Positions 17,854 through 27,720 of a stretch of 64,000 nucleotides of DNA are shown piece after piece (position 1 is the first letter of the stretch; every line of letters begins with the position of its first letter). The stretch is from Rubripirellula sp. (lineage in GTDB: Bacteria > Planctomycetota > Planctomycetia > Pirellulales > Pirellulaceae). Where the stretch lies: the NCBI GenBank assembly GCA_965216875.1, contig OZ244207.1:5504001-5568000 (forward strand), written 5' to 3'. Below the pieces are notes generated by a model. That model had not been told where the DNA came from. It was given only the letters and a program-made list of their open reading frames with translations, and made no database searches. The translations under genes were made by a program, and so were the position numbers.

Positions 17854-20003
17854 GCGGGCGTCGCCGCCAAACCCTTTCGCCCTCGCTGTTTCCGTTCCTA
17901 GCCGTGCTCGTTTGTACGCTTGGAACGCTGATCCTGCTGTTGGCGTTGGTAGCACAAAACGCGACCGAGACGGCCGAACAGACGGCGCGTGCTCAGCAAG
18001 AAGCTGCCCAAGAGGAAGCGGCCAAGCTTGCTGCGCAACAAGAGGCTGACGATGAAGCGTCACCACAAATGACTGCCGAATCGGTTGCCCAGTTGATCGA
18101 GGAAGAAACGTTTCGTGCAACGGAGTTGGTCTCGTTCCGCGACAAGCAAACCGGCAAGGTCGAAGAACGTCGCGACCAACTCACTCATCTCGAAGACCAC
18201 ATCACGCGACTGCGTGAAGAACTGCGATTACTCGAAGAAGAAATCGAGCACGCCAATGATGACAGCGCTCACACCAACGTGATCGACATCAATGCGGTCG
18301 AGGACATCAAGGACAAGATCAAGGCGGAAGAGCTTGCGATTTCGAGACTGAAGGATTCAGCCAAAAACAAGACGCCGCGTATCGTCATCGTCCCTCACGA
18401 TGGACCCAACGGAACAAGCCGACGGCCGATCTACTTGGAATGCACGCGAGACGGTGTCACGATCTGGCCAGAAGGAAATCAAATCAGCCAACTGCAAATG
18501 TCGGACTCGTTTGCGGACGCCAATCCACTTGATGCTGCGCTGCGAGCGATTCGTTACCACGCGTTGCAGACCTATGGCGACAACGTACCACCCTACCCTC
18601 TTTTGGTCGTGCGACCTGATGGGATCGAGAGTTATTCGGCCGCACGAATTGCGATGCAAGACTGGGACGACCAGTTTGGCTATGAGCTGGTTCCCGCCGA
18701 AGTCAAACTAGCCTTTCCCAACCCAGATCCCAATCTGAAGAAGCGGATCGATGTTGTCGTTCGCCAGGCTGCTGCGAAACAACATGCTCGCCACGCAGTC
18801 GCTCGCCGCCAATCCGGGTCGTACGGTCGCAGCGGCAAGTTCCCGGTCCTGTCGGCATCCGAACTGCGACGGCAAGGACGCGCGGGCGGCTATCAGCCGC
18901 ATCGTGAGCAATTCCCATCTGGCTACGGTCAATCGCCCTACCAACCCAAGCCGCCCATTGCTTCGGAGAACAGCTATTCGTCGGGAGCAAGGGGCAACTC
19001 ACCGAGCTACGGCTCGGGGTCGCAGTACACGCAAGGTCACGACAATGGCCAGGCGCAAGCCGAAGCCGTTCGTCGACTGGACCAACACCTGCGTGATGCA
19101 GCCAAGGAACTGCGAGAAAACAACCACAAGACCGCTCTTAGTCAAATCGCTCCCGGCGCAATGAGCCAAGAAGAACTTGCCAATCTCATGGCAGGCACTG
19201 CGGCTTCGATGGCCAACAACAGTGCTGGTGGACTTGAAAAAACGAATGGCGGACAAGCCAACGCGACGCTGCAAAGTACCCCTTCGGCCGATGTCGTGCA
19301 GCACAATCCCTATGGACCACCGTCCGACGGGCCTTCGGGTGACACTGCCCCAACACTCGACGCGCCGGCAAATGCGAACAACGAAGGCAGTGTCCATGAT
19401 TCGGCCGAAAAGGAAGGTGGTCAATTCGCGACTGGCCAAGGACAAGTCTCTGGAGGCAGTGACGAGTTTGCCCCCTCGACGAATTCCCAACCAATGGCTG
19501 CCAATGCACAAGGCGGCCAAGCCGGTGGAGCTCAATCAAGCGGCTCGCCATCGACTGAAATGGCAGCACAGGGAACCGATCCCTCGGTGATGGAACAACA
19601 AGATCAAGCACCGTCGATCAACGTCACGCATTCGGATGATCTCGTCAAACGCCAAGGACGCAACTGGGCATTGCCGAAGTCGCTTGCTGGCGTCTACGGC
19701 AACAAGATCGTTCGCTCGATCCGCGTTCTCTGTTACGAAGATCGTTTCGTCTTGTTGCCGGCGCGAAGTGACGGTGCCACGGAGATGTTCGGATTCTCGG
19801 ATGGGCACGTCAATCGCGCGACCCTGGAACTCGCAACGGCGATTCGTGACCGCATCGCTCAATGGGGCGCTGCTTTGCCAGGCGGTCGTTGGCAACCTCT
19901 TCTCGAAGTCGAAGTGATGCCGCGCGGCGAAGCAAGATTCCACCAGCTAAGAACCTTGATGAATGGCAGTGGCGTTGAGATTCGCGAAAGGAAAACCCGA
20001 TGA
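17850..20003 (+). CDS. Atypical ExbD/MotB-like single-TM protein with a coiled coil and a disordered linker
   Basis: ATGA overlap with the MotA-like gene. N-terminus MSGRRR...SLFPFLAVLVCTLGTLILL resembles an ExbD TM but has Ala at the Asp position. Confidence 0.65.
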   Translation: MSGRRRQTLSPSLFPFLAVLVCTLGTLILLLALVAQNATETAEQTARAQQEAAQEEAAKLAAQQEADDEASPQMTAESVAQLIEEETFRATELVSFRDKQTGKVEERRDQLTHLEDHITRLREELRLLEEEIEHANDDSAHTNVIDINAVEDIKDKIKAEELAISRLKDSAKNKTPRIVIVPHDGPNGTSRRPIYLECTRDGVTIWPEGNQISQLQMSDSFADANPLDAALRAIRYHALQTYGDNVPPYPLLVVRPDGIESYSAARIAMQDWDDQFGYELVPAEVKLAFPNPDPNLKKRIDVVVRQAAAKQHARHAVARRQSGSYGRSGKFPVLSASELRRQGRAGGYQPHREQFPSGYGQSPYQPKPPIASENSYSSGARGNSPSYGSGSQYTQGHDNGQAQAEAVRRLDQHLRDAAKELRENNHKTALSQIAPGAMSQEELANLMAGTAASMANNSAGGLEKTNGGQANATLQSTPSADVVQHNPYGPPSDGPSGDTAPTLDAPANANNEGSVHDSAEKEGGQFATGQGQVSGGSDEFAPSTNSQPMAANAQGGQAGGAQSSGSPSTEMAAQGTDPSVMEQQDQAPSINVTHSDDLVKRQGRNWALPKSLAGVYGNKIVRSIRVLCYEDRFVLLPARSDGATEMFGFSDGHVNRATLELATAIRDRIAQWGAALPGGRWQPLLEVEVMPRGEARFHQLRTLMNGSGVEIRERKTR

Positions 20004-21034
20004 GCAGGCGAGCAAAACGGTCAGCCCTCGAGTTGGGTCACGATTCGTTCTTGGACATCGTTGCCAATTTGGTCGGCATCCTGATCATCCTGGTCGTCGT
20101 TCTGGGCATGCAATCGACCGCGGCTATCGAAGACATCAAGGAAACGGCGGACCCCGAAACGCCTCAAATCGCGATGGCGTCCGACGAGCAGATGTCGCAG
20201 CTCGCCCAGCAATCGTTGCGCGCGGCAGCAGCACAAGCCGACTCGGATCGCCTCGAACGCATGTCGCTGAAATACGATGCGATGATCGGCGCACGGTCGA
20301 AAGAGCGTGCTGGACTGATGGACCTGATCTCGGTCGCGAAAGAGGCCTGGGATCAGCAAAAGCAGATGCTTGACCAAAAAGCCACCGAGCAAGCCGAGCG
20401 AAAGGTCGACCTCGAGAAGTCGGAAGAGCAATTGGTCAAACTTCAAGGCGAACGTCATCGCTTAGAAAACCAACCCGAAGACGTCGTTGCCGTTGCCCAC
20501 CTTCCGACGCCGATGGCCAAAACGGTCTTTGGCGACGAAATCCACTTTCGACTCAAAGACAACCGGTTGTCGGTGGTGCCTGTCGAGCGTTTGCTCGAAG
20601 AAATCAAGCAAGAGTTTGGTCGTGTGATCAACGGCTCAAGCCAAGGACGCATGCAATCGGCGGTGGGGCCCATTCGCGGTTACGTCGCACGCTATGAAAT
20701 GAACAAGGCGCGTGAACTGGTGCAACAGAATGGTCGCGTCGGAATGGCAACACGCGTGCAATTGGTTGGGATGCAAGTCGAACCGCTTAACGAACCGCAC
20801 GGCCAGCCGATTCAGCAAGTCTTGAAGAACCGCAGCCAGCTCGACATCGAACTTGCAGGTCGCGATCCGGCAAAGACCACGATCACCGTCTGGGTCTATC
20901 CCGACAGTTTCGCGGCCTTCCGCCATCTCAAAGAGCACTTGTACAACAAGGGCTTCGCGACCGCGGCACGTCCTCTGCCAAAGGATCGCATGATCACGGC
21001 GAGTCCAAATGGATCGCGATCGCGATCACAGTAG
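20000..21034 (+). CDS. ExbD/MotB-like single-TM protein with a coiled coil
   Basis: ATGA overlap with the previous gene. N-terminus MSRR...DSFLDIVANLVGILIILVVV carries an Asp in the TM. Confidence 0.68.
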   Translation: MSRRAKRSALELGHDSFLDIVANLVGILIILVVVLGMQSTAAIEDIKETADPETPQIAMASDEQMSQLAQQSLRAAAAQADSDRLERMSLKYDAMIGARSKERAGLMDLISVAKEAWDQQKQMLDQKATEQAERKVDLEKSEEQLVKLQGERHRLENQPEDVVAVAHLPTPMAKTVFGDEIHFRLKDNRLSVVPVERLLEEIKQEFGRVINGSSQGRMQSAVGPIRGYVARYEMNKARELVQQNGRVGMATRVQLVGMQVEPLNEPHGQPIQQVLKNRSQLDIELAGRDPAKTTITVWVYPDSFAAFRHLKEHLYNKGFATAARPLPKDRMITASPNGSRSRSQ

Positions 21035-21052
21035 CAAGAGCCAGCGAGCGGC

Positions 21053-21466
21053 TCACGGCATGGGGAATTCGTTGAGCTTGCGAATGTAGATTCCGGCAGC
21101 GCCATAGAAGGGTCCGAGTTCGCCGCTCCACTGCATCTCGATCGCCATGATGACGGCGGTTCCCGCGAGAACGATTTCAATCGCCAATCGGTCGGCGGTG
21201 ATTCGTTCGGTTGAGACCAAGCCAACCGATGTTGACGAGATATCGCGGGTCACCAAATCGAAAGCGTCACCGACCGGGCGGTCGTCATTGTCGATTTCGA
21301 CGGCGCGCACGGGCAACAACATCGGATGCCGATTCTCGCGACGTCGTTCATCACCCTTATAAAGGATCACATTGACGATCTGTCGGCGCGCAAAATCAAC
21401 CAGCTCCTGAGGCAGGTGGCTGAGGGTGCTCGGTTCGATTCGCTCCAATGCTGCGTGCATCTTCAT
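21053..21466 (-). CDS. PilZ-domain protein
   Basis: RRENR (RxxxR) motif followed by DISSTSVG, a degenerate D/NxSxxG motif. Confidence 0.7.
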   Translation of the reverse strand: MKMHAALERIEPSTLSHLPQELVDFARRQIVNVILYKGDERRRENRHPMLLPVRAVEIDNDDRPVGDAFDLVTRDISSTSVGLVSTERITADRLAIEIVLAGTAVIMAIEMQWSGELGPFYGAAGIYIRKLNEFPMP

Positions 21467-21685
21467 AGAGATCCGTGTTCGACTTTGATGCTCCAACGGA
21501 AATGTGCATCAAAGCGAGCGGAGTGAATCGACCACCTGATCGGAATCGTGGCTTTCCGAAGAGATATCGCAAACGCAGGAACGAACTTTTCCGGTTGCAA
21601 CGGTTGTGCAGAGAAAAGGTCCCTCACGCGAGACTCGCCGAACGGGCCGCGGCGACCGAGCCATCTCGCCAAAAACAGTGCTCGT

Positions 21686-22660
21686 TTAGCTTGCAAGCTG
21701 CTGCCGAGCCCATGCGGCAGCCCCCAAGACAGCGGCATCATCACCGAGCTTGGCGGGAACGACGTCAAACCGGTCACGGTAAACACTCATCACTCGTTGT
21801 CGCGCCGTGTCGCGAACAGTGCCGACGATCAAGTCTTCCATCGCCTCAACCAAACCGCCTCCGAGAACGATGGTATCCGGAGCGAGAATGTGCACGATGT
21901 TGACCACGGCCAGGCCTAACGCTTCGCCCGCTTGCACCACCAGTCGGCGAACCGATTCGTCGCCGTTTTTGATCGCGTCGGCCAATGCACCGCTGCGAAT
22001 CTCGGCGAGGTCGGTTCCACTGTTTTTGAACAGATAGGGTGCGTCACCGCGATGGGCCGCTTTGGCTGCTTCGGCCGCGATCGTCAGGCGACTCGATTCG
22101 GCTTCCACGGTCCCGGGAAGCGTATAGCCGCTGCTTCGCGTGCTGCTGCTGATCCGTGTGTGACCGACTTCCATACAACTGATGCCAGCACCTTGCAGGA
22201 TCTTGCCCTCATAGACACAACCGCCGCCCACGCCCGTGCCGGGAAAGATCCCGACCGCGCAACGTGATCCCTTGGCCGATCCAAACTCATACTCGCCAAA
22301 CACACCCGCGTCGACGTCGTTCAAAACAACAGCGGGGCAATCAAATCGCTTCTTCAGAAACTTGCCAATTTCGACGTCGTCCCAACCGAGGTTCGGGGTC
22401 GTCAAAATGCGACCACCATCCAGATCGATCGGGCCGGGGCATCCAATTCCAATTCCGGCGATCTCGGACTTGTCGATGTCGTTTTCGCCGAGAAGTCGAT
22501 CGATGGTCGAACCGATCCGCTGAATTCCCTGATCCGACCCTTCGCGTCCGCGCGTCTTGCGTCGGCGACGCCCAACGACGTTCCAGTCTTGGTCATAGGC
22601 AATGGTCAGCATCTTGGTGCCGCCAAGGTCGAAGCCGATCCAAAGTTTTCGGGAATTCAC
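21686..22660 (-). CDS. ROK family sugar kinase (glucokinase-like)
   Basis: Motifs GFDLGGTK, GIGCPGP, NDVDAG..GE, GTGVGGG, EVGH and LGDDAAVLGAA. Probable GTG start at 22660. Confidence 0.92.
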   Translation of the reverse strand: MNSRKLWIGFDLGGTKMLTIAYDQDWNVVGRRRRKTRGREGSDQGIQRIGSTIDRLLGENDIDKSEIAGIGIGCPGPIDLDGGRILTTPNLGWDDVEIGKFLKKRFDCPAVVLNDVDAGVFGEYEFGSAKGSRCAVGIFPGTGVGGGCVYEGKILQGAGISCMEVGHTRISSSTRSSGYTLPGTVEAESSRLTIAAEAAKAAHRGDAPYLFKNSGTDLAEIRSGALADAIKNGDESVRRLVVQAGEALGLAVVNIVHILAPDTIVLGGGLVEAMEDLIVGTVRDTARQRVMSVYRDRFDVVPAKLGDDAAVLGAAAWARQQLAS

Positions 22661-22971
22661 TCGATTGATCCACGTTGAAACTGATGTAGCCGAACGGGGG
22701 CTCGGATATCGTTTGTGGCAGATCGCCCGCAAATGGTTTCCGTACCCGATTCTTGATTGGTGCGAGCCAAAGCAGACCGCAAGCGTCTTGCCGATTCAAC
22801 CCCGCCCGAATTCGCGAGATCACCAAAGTTACCCGCCTCGGTGACCTGCCCCCAACACCACCCCCCAACCGGGCCGCAAACAAGCGCCTTCCCGGCCTTT
22901 CCCACAGAAAATCTGTCGTGCGACAAAATAAAGCACGTCAGCTGTGCATCTAGGAAATTGACACCTCGGAA

Positions 22972-23523
22972 ATGACCGAATCCCACGCCCCACCCGAATT
23001 TGATCCTGCTGATGGCGAAAGCCAATGGCGGCAGGTGTACTCGGAGTGCGAGTCAGGTTTGCGATCGTTTTTGAGGGGCCGGCTCGGTCAAGAAGGCGAC
23101 ATCGACGACTGCCTCCAAGTGGTCTACGTCAAGATGATCGAGCAGGCTCGCAAGCCGGACCATCAGGTCGCTGTGGTCGCCCGTCGTGCGTGGCTATTCC
23201 GCGTCGCCGCAAACGAGGCGGCGGGTCTGTGGCGCCGCAAGGCTTCGACTGACAAGATGATGCAGCGTCACGGTGAAAGCGAAGGGCTTCAACCCGACGC
23301 ATCCGAAAAACTGATCCTAACTGAAACAACCCTTCAACTTCGCCAAGCCGTCAAGGCTTTACCCGAAGCGTTACAAGAAATCGTTCACCTTCGCATCGAA
23401 CGCGAACTGACATTCCAAGAAATCGCCGACCAGCTCGGCATCCCACTCGGAACCGCTTTGACACGAATGCGACGCGCTCTCGAGCAGCTCAAGAACGAAA
23501 TCAATTCCGAAAACGAATCATGA
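22972..23523 (+). CDS. ECF sigma-70 factor
   Basis: Region 2 DDCLQ...AWLFRVAAN and region 4 LTFQEIADQLGIPLGTALTRMRRA. Confidence 0.93.
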   Translation: MTESHAPPEFDPADGESQWRQVYSECESGLRSFLRGRLGQEGDIDDCLQVVYVKMIEQARKPDHQVAVVARRAWLFRVAANEAAGLWRRKASTDKMMQRHGESEGLQPDASEKLILTETTLQLRQAVKALPEALQEIVHLRIERELTFQEIADQLGIPLGTALTRMRRALEQLKNEINSENES

Positions 23524-24086
23524 ACCCCGTCGACAAAGACGACCGCCATCCGATATCTGACGCCGAGCAAGAACAATGCATGCGGTATCTGCTCGGTGAA
23601 CTCACAGGCCAGGAAAGCGCTGACTTTGAAGCGGCCCTGGCTGACTCGCCCAACCTCAATCGGGAACTTCACGAACAAAGCGAACTTCTTTGTGCTCTCT
23701 CGGCCACCGAAGCTTCGCACCAAACCGTCACAGCAACGCACCGAACGAGTTTTGCATTGCGTTTGGCGACGGCTCTTTCTGCACTGGCCGCCTGTCTCAC
23801 GGTTGCATTTGTCGGACTGACAGGCGACCGCTCGGGCGGATCAACGAAACCCACCACAGCGACCACCACCACAGCTACGCCTCATACTACTGGTGAAGAG
23901 ACGCTGATGATTGCCCAAGCCTGGGTGGTGCAACACGCGCAGTATCAAGTCGACGAAGGCCTTGCGATCGACACCGACTTGACATCCGAAAGTGATGACG
24001 TGATCGACGACGACTCTTCGATCGCTTGGATGGCAGCTGCATTCGCCGAAGAATCGAACACCCTTGGGGCAACCAGTGATGGCTAG
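23520..24086 (+). CDS. Putative membrane anti-sigma factor
   Basis: Overlaps the ECF stop codon. RYLLGEL...FEAALADSP.L is an anti-sigma-domain-like N-terminus; one TM. Confidence 0.75.
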   Translation: MNPVDKDDRHPISDAEQEQCMRYLLGELTGQESADFEAALADSPNLNRELHEQSELLCALSATEASHQTVTATHRTSFALRLATALSALAACLTVAFVGLTGDRSGGSTKPTTATTTTATPHTTGEETLMIAQAWVVQHAQYQVDEGLAIDTDLTSESDDVIDDDSSIAWMAAAFAEESNTLGATSDG

Positions 24087-24795
24087 ACTCGTTCTGCTGA
24101 TCTGCGCAGCGCTGATTGCCGCTGGCACTCCCACCGATTCCAACGCAATCGAACCGACGTCCAAGTCGATCAAAGGGGTCGCCCAGCGAGCCAAAGAATC
24201 GCGTCCTGCCGCTAAGGTCAATCCTGAGCTTGAAGCGGCAGCCCACGCACTGGTTGCGTCACACCTTCCTGAACTGAAGGAGTACCTCGCGCGGCTGCGC
24301 AGCAAAGACGCCAAACAATACGAACGAGCCATCACGAGTCTTGGACGCTCAGCAAAGCGTTTGGAAACGACCAAGAATCGCGACCCTCGCTTGTTTGAAA
24401 TCGAAGTCGAAACGCTCAAGGCCCAAAACGCAGTCGACTTGCTGACGGCCAAGTTGAAAGTGCGTGACAAGAAAGAAGATCGCAACAAGCTCCGAGCCGC
24501 GGTCGAACACCTTCAGCACTGGCAAATCACACGCAACGAATACGACATCTCGGTGTTGCAAGCTCGCCTCGAGCGAACGCAAAAACAACTCGACGCTTCG
24601 AAACAGCGTCTTCAAAACAAACGCAGCAACTTGGAAGAGCAAGTTGAAAAGCACTACGTCGGAATGCTTCGCAAGGCTGGCCGTTCCGAACCCAGTCGAG
24701 CCAAAGCACAGGAAGCCAAATCTGACGCAAAACCTGCAGAGAAAAAGCGACCCGCCGAGCGCAGAACTCCGGCTCGCCCCAAGACCAATTCCTAA
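24079..24795 (+). CDS. Exported helical hypothetical protein
   Basis: Signal peptide MARLVLLICAALIAAG; basic, coiled-coil-rich sequence; overlaps the anti-sigma stop. Confidence 0.7.
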   Translation: MARLVLLICAALIAAGTPTDSNAIEPTSKSIKGVAQRAKESRPAAKVNPELEAAAHALVASHLPELKEYLARLRSKDAKQYERAITSLGRSAKRLETTKNRDPRLFEIEVETLKAQNAVDLLTAKLKVRDKKEDRNKLRAAVEHLQHWQITRNEYDISVLQARLERTQKQLDASKQRLQNKRSNLEEQVEKHYVGMLRKAGRSEPSRAKAQEAKSDAKPAEKKRPAERRTPARPKTNS

Positions 24796-24852
24796 CACTT
24801 GTTGTTAGCGCCCCACATTCCCCCGCCTCAAGCACTCGTTTCGGTAGCCACA

Positions 24853-27672
24853 ATGATTCAACGGACCTATCGATCGGCGTTTCGTCTCGCCCTCCTGATC
24901 GCCATCGGCCTGCCCTTGGCCGCGTCATCTGTCGTTCTCGCCGAACCCAACAACGCGACGACCATCGCCACAGCTTCGGCCAAGACGGACTCAACACCGC
25001 TCAGCCAACGATTTGCAGATGCAAACGGCAAGGAAGTCCCCGACTTTCAAAAACACGTGGTTCCTTTGCTCGGTCGACTCGGTTGCAACGGACGTGCTTG
25101 TCACGGATCGTTCCAAGGTCGCGGCGGCTTTCAGCTTTCGTTGTTCGGCTATGACTTTAAAGGCGACTTCGAGGCATTGCACGAAGAACACACCGGACGC
25201 GTCGACACGTCCGACATCGACGAAAGCCTGATCCTGGCAAAGCCACTTGACGCCGACATGCACGAAGGCGGCAAGCGATTCGATCAAGGAAGTTGGCAAC
25301 ACCATGTGCTGCGTCGCTGGATCGAAAGTGGCGGTGACTTCGAGCAAGAAATGCAATCGCTCGTCAAACTCGAAGTCACACCGGCAGAGATTCAATTCAA
25401 GAGCGACAACGAAAACGTTCAACTCAAGGCGGTTGCGCATTGGGAAGATGGCACCGTCGAAGATGTGACCGAGCTGTGCCGTTTCAGCAGCAATGACGAT
25501 GCGATCGCAGCCATCGACGACACCGGTCACATCCAATCCGGCAGCACAGGTGACACTCATGTCGTCGTTTACTACGACAACGCGGTGGTTCCCGTACCGA
25601 TTCTTCGTCCTGTTGGATCACTCGAGTCGCTCAAGCCTCAGAAGTTTGATCATCCTGTCGATCACCTCGTTCAACAGAAGCTCGACAAACTCGGCATCGT
25701 CGCCTCCGGAACCTGTACCGACGCCGAATTCATTCGACGTGCATCGCTCGACATCACGGGCATCCTGCCATCGGGCGAGCGAGTGCGTGACTTCCTCGCG
25801 GACGAGTCACCCAACAAGCGGGAAAAACTGATTGACGAACTGCTCAACTCGCCAGGCTATTCGGCTTGGTGGGCAACGCGTTTTTCGGATTGGACCGGCA
25901 ACAGCGACGAACAGCTCAACAACGTCCTTCCGGTTCGCGGTGCCGCGACCCGCATGTGGCACGAATGGCTTCGCAAGCGGCTTGATGACAACATGCCCTA
26001 CGACGACATCATCGAAGGCATCGTCACTGCGAAAAGCCGCCAACCCGACGAAGACTATCTCGAATACTGCAAGTCGATGACCGAGGCGTGCAAGCCCGGC
26101 AGCGAGAGCATTTTTGCAGAGCGTGACGGCCTGCCCTTCTATTGGGCACGTCGCAACTTTGCCCAGCCCGAGGAACGTGCGATTGGATTTGCCTACGCCT
26201 TCCTTGGTGTTCGCATCGAATGTGCGCAGTGCCATAAGCACCCCTTCGACCAATGGTCGAAAGACGACTTTGAGCAATTTGCTCAACTCTTCACACCCAT
26301 TCGCATGAACCAAAACCTTGTCGAAGCGGATGCTCGGGATGCACGTGATCAGTTGATCAAGGAATTGACGGGCGACAAAAAGCTTCGGGGCGGTGACCTG
26401 CGACGCAAACTTCAAACCGCAGCTCGAGACGGCAAAGTGGTTCCGTTTGGCGAGCTAACGGTGACCGTTCGCGGCGTTTCTGCGGCCCAAAAGCGTGCGA
26501 TTGCGGCCGCCAAAAAGAAAGGCCGCAAGCCGCCGAAGTTCAAAGTACCGCAAGGCAAGATTTTGGGTGCCGATGAACCGATTGAACTCAATCGCGACCC
26601 TCGCAGCGACCTGATGGCTTGGCTTCGATCAGCCGAGAATCCTTACTTTGCAAAAGCGATTGTGAATCGCGTCTGGAGCAATTACTTCGGTGCTGGAATC
26701 GTTGATCCAACCGATGATATGAATCTGGCCAACCCGCCAAGTAACGCTCCGCTCATGGATCACCTGGCGACGGAGTTCATCAAGAATGACTTTGACCTGA
26801 AATGGTTGCATCGCACGATCGTGACCAGCGAGACGTATCAACGAAGTGCGGACACGAACGAGACGAACGCCCACGATCGCGTGAACTACTCGCATCACGT
26901 TCCGCGGCGTCTTCCAGCCGAAGTCGTCTATGACGCGATTGCCTTGGCAACTGGCTCGGACGATGTCGCCGAAAAGATGCGAGGCGAAGTCGACGAGATG
27001 GCGATCGCTGAAGGCAAACCTCGCGTCCGCAATCGTCAAGAATTCGCGTTGGAAGTCTTTGGACAATCGATTCGCGAAACCAATTGCGACTGTGATCGCA
27101 CAAGTGACCCAAGTCTCCTGCAGTCGATCTACTTGCGGAACGACTCGGAAATGCATGATCGCCTCACCGACAAGAACGGCTGGGTCGCCCAGGCATGCAA
27201 AGAGCTTGGTGTCCCGGGCCCTCGTCCAACCAAAGCCGATCCACAGCGTGTTGCCATGCAACGACGCGCCGAAGGCTATCGCAAGCAGATCGTCAATCGA
27301 ATTCGCCAGTTCCACAAATTGCCAGAGCAACGAAAGGAAAAGGCTCGGCTTGGACTCAAGAAAGAATACAAGCGTGCAACGCAGAAGTTCGCGGAGTTTG
27401 GATTTGCGATTCCAGACTTTGACACATTGATTGACGACATCGGCTCGTGGAAAACGGTCGAACCAGCACAAGCAGCTGAAGGAACGACCGATTCCAAGAC
27501 CGTTCATGCGCTGGTCGAAGAGGCCTATCTGCGAACGCTCAGTCGTTATCCCGATAACAAGGAAACTGAGATTTCAGTCGCCTTCATCGAAGAATCCGAA
27601 TCGCCTGCCGAGGGCGTTCAATCTCTGCTTTGGGCATTGGTGAACACGAAAGAGTTCATCATCACCCACTAA
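24853..27672 (+). CDS. DUF1549/DUF1553 (PSCyt2/PSD1) planctomycete protein with an Ig-like (Big_2) domain
   Basis: Motifs GCNGRACHG, FIRRASLDITG, CAQCHKHPFD, NPYFAKAIVNRVW, RRLPAEV and LWALVNTKEF. Signal peptide. Confidence 0.92.
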   Translation: MIQRTYRSAFRLALLIAIGLPLAASSVVLAEPNNATTIATASAKTDSTPLSQRFADANGKEVPDFQKHVVPLLGRLGCNGRACHGSFQGRGGFQLSLFGYDFKGDFEALHEEHTGRVDTSDIDESLILAKPLDADMHEGGKRFDQGSWQHHVLRRWIESGGDFEQEMQSLVKLEVTPAEIQFKSDNENVQLKAVAHWEDGTVEDVTELCRFSSNDDAIAAIDDTGHIQSGSTGDTHVVVYYDNAVVPVPILRPVGSLESLKPQKFDHPVDHLVQQKLDKLGIVASGTCTDAEFIRRASLDITGILPSGERVRDFLADESPNKREKLIDELLNSPGYSAWWATRFSDWTGNSDEQLNNVLPVRGAATRMWHEWLRKRLDDNMPYDDIIEGIVTAKSRQPDEDYLEYCKSMTEACKPGSESIFAERDGLPFYWARRNFAQPEERAIGFAYAFLGVRIECAQCHKHPFDQWSKDDFEQFAQLFTPIRMNQNLVEADARDARDQLIKELTGDKKLRGGDLRRKLQTAARDGKVVPFGELTVTVRGVSAAQKRAIAAAKKKGRKPPKFKVPQGKILGADEPIELNRDPRSDLMAWLRSAENPYFAKAIVNRVWSNYFGAGIVDPTDDMNLANPPSNAPLMDHLATEFIKNDFDLKWLHRTIVTSETYQRSADTNETNAHDRVNYSHHVPRRLPAEVVYDAIALATGSDDVAEKMRGEVDEMAIAEGKPRVRNRQEFALEVFGQSIRETNCDCDRTSDPSLLQSIYLRNDSEMHDRLTDKNGWVAQACKELGVPGPRPTKADPQRVAMQRRAEGYRKQIVNRIRQFHKLPEQRKEKARLGLKKEYKRATQKFAEFGFAIPDFDTLIDDIGSWKTVEPAQAAEGTTDSKTVHALVEEAYLRTLSRYPDNKETEISVAFIEESESPAEGVQSLLWALVNTKEFIITH

Positions 27673-27720
27673 CCACCCCACTTTCTTCGCCCCAACCCTA
27701 CATTCACTTCCAAGACCTTC

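Noticed and set aside
16201..21034. Bona fide Zorya defence system or flagellar motAB
   Set aside because: No OmpA-like peptidoglycan-binding domain is recognisable in either partner, and there are no ZorC/D/E or flagellar genes nearby.
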